DNA of 64,000 nt from Candidatus Hadarchaeales archaeon (GTDB taxonomy: Archaea > Hadarchaeota > Hadarchaeia > Hadarchaeales > WYZ-LMO6). Made by a program: the position numbers and the translations under genes. Positions 55,869 through 64,000 of this stretch are shown here, piece by piece; position 1 is the first letter of the stretch; every line of letters starts with the position of its first letter. The stretch spans positions 1 to 64,000 of the forward strand of contig JAWCKR010000004.1 of the NCBI GenBank assembly GCA_038851755.1, given 5' to 3'. The notes under the pieces are model-generated. The model was not told the origin of the DNA. It saw only the letters and a list, made by a program, of their open reading frames with translations, and did no database searches.

Positions 55869-56600
55869 TTGGCTAAGAGGATGGAGGTCCTGGTGACGGC
55901 CGAAACCCTCTCCTCGAAGGAGAGAGCGGGAGCCCTCCTCCGTCCTTCCTGCGAGTGTCTCTTCCTCGACCTCCCGATGGATCACACCGAGTACCTGGGG
56001 AGGATGGCGAGGGGGGAGAAGCCGGAGAGGGTGGTGGAGGAGATGGAGAGGAGGGGGAAGGTTTGGGTACCGGAGGACTTGCAGGAGTTCAGGGCGCTGG
56101 GCCCCCTTCTGACCACCGTCCGTGGGAGGGGGATCAGGCTCTTCGGGTACAGGGACCTCTCCTCCTACAGAATCTCCAGGGAAACGGCCGTGGCCCTGCT
56201 GCGTCTGACCATGAGGGCAAAGCTCGGGAGGGTGAAGGCGGAGGAGTGGAAGGGAGTGCTCAGGAGGGAAGTGCTCAACAGGTTCGAGGCCGCCGAGCTG
56301 GAGGCCGACTTCATAGCCTCCAGGGCCGGGGGGGAGAACGTTTGCCTGGATGCTCCCCCCGAGCTGGTCCGCCTCCTCTCCGAGCTGGGGTTCGAGACGG
56401 AGGTGAGAACGGTGGACCCGCCCTGCAGGCCGCTCGATCTCCTGCTGGGAAGGGTGAGGGAGGAGATGCTGGGAGGGAGGAAGCTGGGTGAGGAAGAGGT
56501 GAGGGAGCTGGTGAGCGAGCACCTCAGGTTCGTGGACCTGGTGGTGGAGAAGGGATACGAGAGGGCCTACGAGGCATGGAAGCGGGAGAGAGGGGGATAA
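55869..56600 (+). CDS. Hypothetical protein
   Basis: Long ORF with host-like codon usage; no recognised motif. Confidence 0.65.
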   Translation: MAKRMEVLVTAETLSSKERAGALLRPSCECLFLDLPMDHTEYLGRMARGEKPERVVEEMERRGKVWVPEDLQEFRALGPLLTTVRGRGIRLFGYRDLSSYRISRETAVALLRLTMRAKLGRVKAEEWKGVLRREVLNRFEAAELEADFIASRAGGENVCLDAPPELVRLLSELGFETEVRTVDPPCRPLDLLLGRVREEMLGGRKLGEEEVRELVSEHLRFVDLVVEKGYERAYEAWKRERGG

Positions 56601-57481
56601 AGGCCATCACCTTCGACGTGGGAGGGGTGCTGGCGGAGGGAAAGCCGGACCACAGGCTTTATGCGGAGAGGGTCCTCTCGCACCTCGCCTCCCTCGGTTT
56701 CGGGGTGAGGGAGGAGGAATGGCTGGAGGCCACCTCCGGCGCCCTTTCCGAGCTGGGACGGAAAAGAAGGGAGGGGAGGGAGATGTCCTTCGAAGAGTTC
56801 TCCTCCCTTCAGCTCTCAAGCGTGGGGGTGGAGCCGAACCAGGAGCTGCTGGAGAAGATGCTCTCCCTCTACCTCTCCTCCTTTCCCCGGAAACTGAAGA
56901 GGGGGGCGGGGAGGGTGGTGGAGGAGCTGGCGAGTTCTTACAAACTGGGGGCCGTTTCCAACTCCATGAGCCCCGCACCCAGGAGGTTCCTGGAGGAGAG
57001 GGGGCTGGACAGGTACTTCGGGGTCATCCTGGTGTCGGGCGAAGTGGGGTACCGCAAGCCCCATCCGGAGATCTTCTTGAGGGCCCTCAGGGAGCTGAGG
57101 GTCTCACCGGAGGAGGCCGTGCACGTGGGTGACCGTGCCGATACGGATGGGGGAGCAAAGGGGGTGGGGATGCGCTTCGTTCTCCTGAGCCCGAGCACTC
57201 CGGAGGGGGTGGAAGCGGATGCCGTGGTTCCCTCCGTGCGGGAGGTGCCTGGAGCGGTGGAGATGCTTTCACGCGGGGAGGAGTTCGTCGAGTCCCTGGG
57301 GAAGGGATGCTTCGTTTGTTCCTCTCCTCACTTCTCCCTCTACGAGCTGGAGGGGGAACCGCTCCTCCTCTGCCCGCGCTGCCGGAGGAGCTTCAGGCAG
57401 CGCGTTCCCAGGCCCAGGAAGCACGGGAAGTACAGGGCGGTGTACCGGAGGGCCTGGAGGGATCAGGGGCCGTTGCGGTAG
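56576..57481 (+). CDS. HAD-family hydrolase with a C-terminal Zn-finger-like extension
   Basis: FDVGGVL, VSN, KP.PEIF, HVGD...D; then CFVC..LLLCPRC and a basic tail. Confidence 0.82.
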   Translation: MEAGERGIKAITFDVGGVLAEGKPDHRLYAERVLSHLASLGFGVREEEWLEATSGALSELGRKRREGREMSFEEFSSLQLSSVGVEPNQELLEKMLSLYLSSFPRKLKRGAGRVVEELASSYKLGAVSNSMSPAPRRFLEERGLDRYFGVILVSGEVGYRKPHPEIFLRALRELRVSPEEAVHVGDRADTDGGAKGVGMRFVLLSPSTPEGVEADAVVPSVREVPGAVEMLSRGEEFVESLGKGCFVCSSPHFSLYELEGEPLLLCPRCRRSFRQRVPRPRKHGKYRAVYRRAWRDQGPLR

Positions 57482-58425
57482 TGCTCGTACCCCCTGTCTG
57501 GAAGTTTTTTCTCCCCCAGAAGAACCCCCCTCCCCCTTTCCACCCTCCCTATGAGGTGGGCCCTGCACCCCACCCCCTCCAGGGCCTTCCTCACCCCCTG
57601 CCACCTTCTTGGGGGGAGGGTGAAGAGGAGTTCGAAGTCTTCTCCGCCGTAGAGGGCGAAGTCCAGAGGGGAGAGACCCTCCCGTTCGCAGAAGGAGGTG
57701 AGCTGGGGGGAGAGGGGAAGGGAGGAGGGGTTCACCCGGAGCTTCACCCCGCTCTCCTCCGCCAGCCTCCACAGCCCCTGGGCCAGCCCATCCGAGAGGT
57801 CGATGGCCGAGGTTACCCCCCTCTCCGCCAGCACCTCCCCTTCCCTCACCCTGGCTTTCGGCTGGAGGAAGCTCCTGACCAGCCTTTCGTACCCCTTCCT
57901 CTTTCTCTTGAGGACCTCCAGCCCGGCCCCCGCGGCCCCCACCTCCCCCGTGAGGGCCAGAAGCTCGCCTGGGGAGGCACCCTCCCTCAGCAGAACCCTC
58001 TTGGCCTTCCCTAGCCCGGTCCCGCTCACCACCACTTCCTCGCAGCCACTGAAGTCCCCGCCCACCACCGGGACCTCGTGGAGGGAGGAGGCCTTCCTTA
58101 TCCCGAGGAGAATCCTGTTCGCCTCCCTCTCTTCCAGGTCAGGAGGGAGACCGAGGGAGAAGAGGAGGGCGAGGGGTCTGGCCCCCATGGCGGCGAGGTC
58201 GCTGAGGTTGGAGACCACGGCTTTCCACCCCAGGTAGAAGAGGTCGCTACCCGGGGGAAGGTCCCTGCTGTAGGTGAGCATGTCGGAGCACACCACCAGT
58301 TTGTCTCCCCCTGACCTCAGGACCGCTCCGTCGTCTCCTATTCCCACCTCCACCCAAGGGGCGGAGGGAAAGAGCCTTCTCACCCTCTCCAGCAGTTTTC
58401 TCTCTCCCACCTCTCTGAGCCTCAT
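57463..58425 (-). CDS. thiL: Thiamine-monophosphate kinase
   Basis: IGDDGA, NLSDLAAMGA.P, GGD, DLSDGL, GGEDFELLF. Confidence 0.93.
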   Translation of the reverse strand: MRLREVGERKLLERVRRLFPSAPWVEVGIGDDGAVLRSGGDKLVVCSDMLTYSRDLPPGSDLFYLGWKAVVSNLSDLAAMGARPLALLFSLGLPPDLEEREANRILLGIRKASSLHEVPVVGGDFSGCEEVVVSGTGLGKAKRVLLREGASPGELLALTGEVGAAGAGLEVLKRKRKGYERLVRSFLQPKARVREGEVLAERGVTSAIDLSDGLAQGLWRLAEESGVKLRVNPSSLPLSPQLTSFCEREGLSPLDFALYGGEDFELLFTLPPRRWQGVRKALEGVGCRAHLIGRVERGRGVLLGEKKLPDRGYEHYRNGP

Positions 58426-58428
58426 CCT

Positions 58429-58794
58429 TCACCTCAGCAGGGGAAGCTTTCCCGTCACCCTGTCCACCAGCTCTGAGGGTGCTGGTCCCACGGCCAGCAC
58501 CGTGACCGTCCCAGGAGGAAGCTCCGTGAGCCCCGCGTCCTCCACCAGCCCGGCAGGTAGCCCGAGCTCCCGGGCTTCCCTCAGGAGTTCCCTTAGTTCA
58601 CCCTCTCCAGGGGCCGAAACCACCACCTTCTTCTGCCCTTCCCCCATCCACTCCCTGAACCACTCCTCCCTCTTCCTCCTGCACTCCTCCACACCCAGCA
58701 CTGCACCGTGGGCCACCTGGGCTGCCAGCTTTCCTCGGCTCATGGGCAGGTCCTCCCTCACCACCATCACCTGCTTGTACCTGAAGGACCTCAT
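58429..58794 (-). CDS. pth2: Peptidyl-tRNA hydrolase Pth2
   Basis: MS.GKLAAQVAH, GQKKVV, DAGLTE, GPAP, TG.L.LL. Confidence 0.95.
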   Translation of the reverse strand: MRSFRYKQVMVVREDLPMSRGKLAAQVAHGAVLGVEECRRKREEWFREWMGEGQKKVVVSAPGEGELRELLREARELGLPAGLVEDAGLTELPPGTVTVLAVGPAPSELVDRVTGKLPLLR

Positions 58795-58862
58795 CTCCTT
58801 CCTTCCTTCTCCCTAGGTTAAAGCTCGGGGGCATCGGATAAAAGGGAACAGACCCAAGGGTA

Positions 58863-60041
58863 ATGTTGAAAGCTTCACCTTACCGGTGGGTCATCCTGGC
58901 GCTGGCCTGGCTGTTGATTTTCTTCGTGAACTACAGCTGGTACATTCTCCCTCCTCTGGAGGAGGAGCTTTCCTCCTCCCTGGGTCTCTCCACGGATCAG
59001 CTCTACCTCCTCCTCACCGCACCCACGCTGGCAGCCGCCCTGAGCAGCATACCCGGAGGGGCGGTGGGAGACAGGCTGGGGGTGAGGAGGACGGTCCTGG
59101 CGGGAATCCTGCTGGGCTCCACAGTGGGAACGGCGAGGGCCCTTTCCACGGGCTTCCCCTTCCTCTGGTTCCTGACCTTCCTGGTGGGGGCTTCCATGGG
59201 TCTGGTGGTGCCCAACCTCCCCAAGATGGTGGGGGAGTGGTTCCCGGAGGGGGAGACGGGCGCGGCCTCCGGGATCTACGTCAGTTCGATGGGGCTGGGG
59301 ATCTCGGCAGGCCTCTTCACGGGGGCCCTCTTTCCCTCCTGGAGGTGGGCCTTTCTCTGCACGGGGGCGGGCATGCTCCTCTCCTCCTTCTTCTGGCTCC
59401 TCTTCGCCAGGGAGCCTCCGGAGGGAAGACACGAGGGAGTGCCTTTGAGGGAGAGCCTCTCCCACGCCATCAGGAGCCGCAACGTGTGGTCTCTGGCGGC
59501 CTCTCAGTTCCTCTTCATGGGGGCCTTCGTTTCCTACACGGGTGGTCTCACCCATGCCGTCCAGGATTTCTTCGGGGTGGGAGCGGGTGAGGCGGGAGCC
59601 CTTTCAGCCCTCGCCGTGGTGGGGATGGTGGTGGGGAACCTGGTTTGGCCTCCCCTCGCTGACCGGACGGGCAGGTTCAGGACCCTTCTCATCCTCTGCT
59701 CCCTCACCTCCGGTCCCCTCCTCTTCCTGGCCTGGTTCTTAGCCTACGGTCTCCCCACCTGGTTGCTGGTCTTCGCGGGAGGGGTGATGGCCGGGGGTAT
59801 CCCTCCCCTCCTGCTGGCCTATCCCCCCCTCTTACCCGAGGTGGGACCCAGGTACAGCGGAGGGGCTTCCGGTGTGGTCCTCACCTCCGGCAACCTGGGA
59901 GGCCTCATAGTGACCGTGGCCCTCTTCAGCCCTCTCTCCAAGAGGGGATACGACCCGGCCTTCCTCTTCCTGGGAATCGTCTTCTGCCTGATCTCCCTCT
60001 TCACCGCCGTTCTTTCCAGGGTGGGGAAGGCTAGAGCCTGA
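58863..60041 (+). CDS. MFS transporter
   Basis: About 12 TM; GAVGDRLGVRR and LADRTGR motifs. Confidence 0.9.
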   Translation: MLKASPYRWVILALAWLLIFFVNYSWYILPPLEEELSSSLGLSTDQLYLLLTAPTLAAALSSIPGGAVGDRLGVRRTVLAGILLGSTVGTARALSTGFPFLWFLTFLVGASMGLVVPNLPKMVGEWFPEGETGAASGIYVSSMGLGISAGLFTGALFPSWRWAFLCTGAGMLLSSFFWLLFAREPPEGRHEGVPLRESLSHAIRSRNVWSLAASQFLFMGAFVSYTGGLTHAVQDFFGVGAGEAGALSALAVVGMVVGNLVWPPLADRTGRFRTLLILCSLTSGPLLFLAWFLAYGLPTWLLVFAGGVMAGGIPPLLLAYPPLLPEVGPRYSGGASGVVLTSGNLGGLIVTVALFSPLSKRGYDPAFLFLGIVFCLISLFTAVLSRVGKARA

Positions 60042-61947
60042 GGCCCACCTCCCAGCCTTCCTGGATGGCCTCCAGGGCCTTCCTCGGCTGGGAGCAGTCA
60101 CCCACCAGGTAAAGCTCCTCCACCTTGCCCTTCAGCTCCTCCGCCAGGCTGGAGTTGGGCCTGGAGCCCACGGCCAGCACCACGGAGTCGGCGGGAAAGA
60201 CCTCCTCTCCCCCGCCCCTCACGGCCACCACCCCCTCAGGGCGAATCTCTTTCACCTTCGTGGAGGTGAAGATCCTCACCCCTCCTTTCTTCAGGTTCTC
60301 CCTCAGGATCCAGCGGGTGGTGATCCCCACGTCTCCCGCCACCTTCTCCAGCATCTCCAGCAGGGTCACCTCCTTCCCCCTCGAGGTGAGGTAGTGTGCG
60401 GTGTAGCACCCCACCCCGCCTCCCCCCACGATTACCACCTTCTTCCCCACCTCCTTCCCCGCCAGGACCTCCCAGGCCTGCGAGACGTGGGGGAGGTTCA
60501 CGCCGGGGAAGGGAGGCACGAGGGGCAGGGCACCGGTGGCCACCACCACGGCGTCGGGACTCACTTCCTCCACCAGCTTCGCATCCACCCGGGTTCTCAG
60601 CCTCACCTCCACCCCAGCCTTCCTGGCATGTACGGCCAGCTCCCTCACCACCGTTCCGAGTTCCTCCCTGCCGGGGGTGACGGAGGCCAGCCTGAGCTGC
60701 CCTCCCAGCTCCCCGTCCTCCTCGCAGAGGATCACCTCGTGTCCCCTGAGGGCTGCCGTCTCCGCGGCCTTCAGCCCCCCAGGCCCTCCCCCTGCCACCA
60801 GCACCCTCTTCCTCTTTTCCGCGGGCTCCATCCTCACCTCCCCCTCCCTCCCCACGCCGGGGTTGACCATGCACGTCAGGGGCCTGCCCTCGAAGAGCCT
60901 GTCGAAGCATCCCTGGCAGCAGCCCACGCATGTGACGATGTCCTCCACCCTCCCCTCCTGTGCCTTCCTGGGGAAGTCGGGGTCCGCCACCAGCGCCCTC
61001 CCCATGGAGATCAGGTCCGCCTTTCCCTCTCTCAGTATCCTCTCGGCGAGGGCGGGTTCGTTGATCCGGTTGCTGGCGGCCACCTTCACCTCCGTTCCCC
61101 TCAGGGCCTCCTTGATGCCCTCCGCGAGGTGCACGTACCCTCCCCTGGGGACCTCCATGGTGATCATGGGGACCCTGGACTCGTGCCAGCCGGCGGTCAC
61201 GTTGATGGCCGAGATGCCGGCCTCCGCCAGCGTCCTGGCCACCACCTTCATCTCCCTCAGCGTGTTGCCCCCAGGGATGAGCTCGTCTCCCGAGAGGCGG
61301 CACATCAGCGGGAAGTCCCTTCCCACGGTTTCCCTGGTGAGTTCCACGATTTCCAGCAGGAACCTCATCCTGTTCTCCAGAGACCCTCCGTACTCATCGG
61401 TCCGCCGGTTGGTGACGGGAGAGAGGAACTGGCTTATCAGGTAGCCCGCGGAGCCTATGAACTCCACCGCGTCGAAGCCGGCCTCCTTCGCCCTCCCCGC
61501 CGCCTGCGCGAACTCCTCCTCTATCCTCTTGATTTCCGGGACGGTGAGGGCCCTGGGCTTCACCCGGCTGAAGATGGGAGGGGGCACGTCCGAGGCGGAG
61601 ACGGGCTCCCTTCCCGTGATCTCCACGAACTCGTACCTCCCGGGGTGCCAGAGCTGAAGGGCGGTTTTGGCCCCGTGGGCGTGGATGGCTTCCGCCAGCC
61701 CCCTCAGGCCGGGGATGTAGGAGTCGTCGGCCGCGGAGATCACGTACTCCATTCCTTTCTCCACCGCGACTATCCCCACCACGATCAGCCCCGCCCCCCC
61801 TCTCGCCCTGGCCTCGAAGTAGTGCTTCAGCTGGTCCGTGACCTCTCCGAAGGCGTAGCCTGTGGTGAGGGCAGGCATCACGATGCGGTTCCTCACCACC
61901 ATCCTGCCTATGGAGAGAGGGGAGAAGAGGGTGGGGAAGGGGGTCAT
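60031..61947 (-). CDS. FadH-like 2,4-dienoyl-CoA reductase (OYE + Fe-S + FAD)
   Basis: GSAGYLISQF, N.RTDEYGG, GWHESRVP, NRIN, CVGCCQGC, GGGPGG. Confidence 0.85.
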   Translation of the reverse strand: MTPFPTLFSPLSIGRMVVRNRIVMPALTTGYAFGEVTDQLKHYFEARARGGAGLIVVGIVAVEKGMEYVISAADDSYIPGLRGLAEAIHAHGAKTALQLWHPGRYEFVEITGREPVSASDVPPPIFSRVKPRALTVPEIKRIEEEFAQAAGRAKEAGFDAVEFIGSAGYLISQFLSPVTNRRTDEYGGSLENRMRFLLEIVELTRETVGRDFPLMCRLSGDELIPGGNTLREMKVVARTLAEAGISAINVTAGWHESRVPMITMEVPRGGYVHLAEGIKEALRGTEVKVAASNRINEPALAERILREGKADLISMGRALVADPDFPRKAQEGRVEDIVTCVGCCQGCFDRLFEGRPLTCMVNPGVGREGEVRMEPAEKRKRVLVAGGGPGGLKAAETAALRGHEVILCEEDGELGGQLRLASVTPGREELGTVVRELAVHARKAGVEVRLRTRVDAKLVEEVSPDAVVVATGALPLVPPFPGVNLPHVSQAWEVLAGKEVGKKVVIVGGGGVGCYTAHYLTSRGKEVTLLEMLEKVAGDVGITTRWILRENLKKGGVRIFTSTKVKEIRPEGVVAVRGGGEEVFPADSVVLAVGSRPNSSLAEELKGKVEELYLVGDCSQPRKALEAIQEGWEVGLRL

Positions 61948-61957
61948 CGTCCACCCC

Positions 61958-63814
61958 TCAGCCCGTGGGCAGGTCCAGGAGCTCCAGCTCGGCCAGCTTC
62001 TCCCTGGTGGGCACCCCGTTCTTGTCCCAGCCGCGGTACTGGTAGTAGGCGTCCAGCATGGGCTCGAGGTGCACCACCTGTCCGGCGGCGGGCCCAGAGG
62101 AGTGCGGCTCCTCCAGCAGGCGCTTCGGGAGGGAGTCATGGGAGCGGTTCAGGCCCTCCCTGACGTTGAACATCCTCTCCAGGTTGTAGATCCTCTCCCC
62201 GCACTTCCTGAACTCCCTCTCGTCGAAGTCCTTCCAGCCCGTGGCCGCGGAGACGGCCTCCGCCACCTTGTCCGCCGTGACCATCCAGGCCAGGAACTTG
62301 CACACCCCCAGACCCTCCACGGCGGCGTAGGCGTCCTCCGTCTCCTTCACCACCCTTCCCAGGATGGGATCCTCGGAGAGCGGGTCGAAGAAGGGATCCC
62401 TTATGTCCTCGGGCAGGATGGGGTGCGGGGCCCCTATGAAGGCCTGGAGCTGCACGTAAGCGTTGATGTGGCACCCTCCCCTGTTGGAGGTGGCGTAGGA
62501 GAGTCCTACGATCTTGGCCGCCCTGGGATCGTAGGCCGCGAACTCCAGCCCCTTCGAGTGCATGGCGAACCTCTCCGATCCCCTCCCCAGCTTCTCCGAC
62601 ATCCTCTTCGTCCCCTCCGCCAGCAGATTTCCTATTCCCTCCCTGCGGGCTATCATGTGCACGAGCCTGACCATCAGGTCCGCGTCCCCGAACCGCAGCT
62701 CCAGCCCCCCCGTGTCCTCCTTCGTCAGGATACCTTTTTCGAAGCACTCCATGGCGAAGGCTATGCTGCTTCCCGTGCTTATGGTGTCCATCCCGTAGTC
62801 GTTGCAGAGATGGTGAGCGTAGGTGACGGCCTCCATGCTGTCCACCCCGCACATGGACCCCAGGGCACCCACCGACTCGTACTCCGGTCCCTCCGTCTTG
62901 CAGGCGTAGGGGCCGCTCTTCACCTCCGAGAGCCTGGCACAGTGGATGGGGCACACGTAGCACCCCTTCGTTCCCACCAGCACCTTGTCGGCCAGGGAGG
63001 GTCCGTTGATCTTGTCACCGGCGGGGAAAACCCCTTCCTGCCAGTTCCTGGTGGGCATCCCTCCCACGGCGTTCACGAGGTCGAAGCCGGAGTTGGTCCC
63101 GAAGGTCTCCAGGCTGGTCTTCAGCATGCTCTGGTTTGCCAATTCTATGACCTCTCTGGTCAGCTCCTTCATCCTGTCCGGGTCCGCCACTTCCACCTTC
63201 TTCGTACCCCTCGCGGCCACCGCCTTCAATTTCTTCGAGCCCATCACCGTCCCCATGCCGCATCTCCCCGCCGCCCTGTTGTGGTCGTTCAGGATGGAGG
63301 CGTACCTCACCAGGTTCTCCCCGGCGGGCCCTATGCAGGAGATGTTGAACCTCTCACCTAGTTCCTCCTTCAGCATCCTGGTGGTCTCGTGCACTCCCTT
63401 GCCCCAGAGGTGCGCGGCGTCCCTCAGTTCCGCCCTTCCATCCTCCACCAGCAGATAGACGGGTTTTGGGGAAATACCCTCGAAGATGATTCCATCGAAG
63501 CCCGTGCGCTTGAAGTCCACCCCCCACATGCCTGCTGAGTTGGAGTGGCCGTAAAAGCCCGTCTGCGGAGACTTCGACACCACGTCGTACCTTCCCGCGG
63601 TGGGGAAGCCCGTCCCGGTGAGGAGTCCCGTCATGAAGATGAGCTTGTTTTCGGGCCCCAGCGGATCTATTCCCTTCCTCACTTCGAAGAGGTAGCGGGC
63701 CCCCAGTCCCCTGCAACCCAAAAACTTTCTGAATTCCGTTTCCTTGATTTCTTCCTCAGCTATCTTCCCGCGGGAGAGGTCCACCCTCAGAATTTTCCCC
63801 ATGTATGCGGGCAA
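61958..63814 (-). CDS. Aldehyde:ferredoxin oxidoreductase (AOR family)
   Basis: KSP.TG, IGPAGEN, AGR.G.G.VMGSK.LKA, C..CP..C, EYE, D.YG.D.I, YY..RGW. Confidence 0.93.
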   Translation of the reverse strand: MPAYMGKILRVDLSRGKIAEEEIKETEFRKFLGCRGLGARYLFEVRKGIDPLGPENKLIFMTGLLTGTGFPTAGRYDVVSKSPQTGFYGHSNSAGMWGVDFKRTGFDGIIFEGISPKPVYLLVEDGRAELRDAAHLWGKGVHETTRMLKEELGERFNISCIGPAGENLVRYASILNDHNRAAGRCGMGTVMGSKKLKAVAARGTKKVEVADPDRMKELTREVIELANQSMLKTSLETFGTNSGFDLVNAVGGMPTRNWQEGVFPAGDKINGPSLADKVLVGTKGCYVCPIHCARLSEVKSGPYACKTEGPEYESVGALGSMCGVDSMEAVTYAHHLCNDYGMDTISTGSSIAFAMECFEKGILTKEDTGGLELRFGDADLMVRLVHMIARREGIGNLLAEGTKRMSEKLGRGSERFAMHSKGLEFAAYDPRAAKIVGLSYATSNRGGCHINAYVQLQAFIGAPHPILPEDIRDPFFDPLSEDPILGRVVKETEDAYAAVEGLGVCKFLAWMVTADKVAEAVSAATGWKDFDEREFRKCGERIYNLERMFNVREGLNRSHDSLPKRLLEEPHSSGPAAGQVVHLEPMLDAYYQYRGWDKNGVPTREKLAELELLDLPTG

Positions 63815-63845
63815 CGGATTTTTTTAGCAGAGGAAGGTAAAAAGT

Positions 63846-64000
63846 TTACTCTCCTCCCCCCCTGGTGAGGAGATATCCTCCCACAGCGCTCGCTCCCCAG
63901 CTCAGGACGAAGAGGTTGAGAACCACTTTGAAGGCTGACCAGCTGTGGGAGAGGGCCCATCCCGAGACGAAGGTGGCCAGACCTCCCATCACCCCGGCGA
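63846..64000 (-). CDS. C-terminal end of a membrane protein (partial)
   Basis: Open frame AGVMGGLATFVSGWALSHSWSAFKVVLNLFVLSWGASAVGGYLLTRGGGE-stop. Confidence 0.5.
   Translation of the reverse strand, partial: AGVMGGLATFVSGWALSHSWSAFKVVLNLFVLSWGASAVGGYLLTRGGGE

Noticed and set aside
1-64000. CRISPR arrays, IS elements, Sec/Pyl readthrough
   Set aside because: No spaced direct repeats, transposases or in-frame stops within conserved domains were seen by eye.

Overview
A gene-dense, GC-rich archaeal chromosome segment. Archaeal markers include RFC, aEF-2, tRNA-splicing endonuclease, uL16/L10e, eL41, SepCysS, Pth2, the archaeal mevalonate operon, intron-containing tRNAs and a stand-alone 5S rRNA. 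Gene content suggests a thermophilic anaerobe, possibly Hadarchaeota-like; this lineage call is inference only. Most of the window is housekeeping. The main points of interest are: (1) a compositionally distinct block (~17.3-22.9 kb) with a coenzyme M biosynthesis operon (Mmp16/ComF-like, cysteate synthase, fused ComDE with an apparent CTG start, GNAT), divergent from an atypical HdrC-HdrB fusion, with a perfect 18-bp palindrome between them; (2) a prephenate dehydratase-ACT protein fused in frame to a MazF/PemK-like domain; (3) a tRNA-Asp with a D-loop intron and a tRNA-Tyr with a 13-nt intron, both with relaxed splice motifs, beside a single-unit EndA; (4) a Ser-initiated LAGLIDADG intein in RFC; (5) a bacterial-type glgB / GH57 / purU cluster. 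All calls come from reading motifs by eye; no database searches were run.
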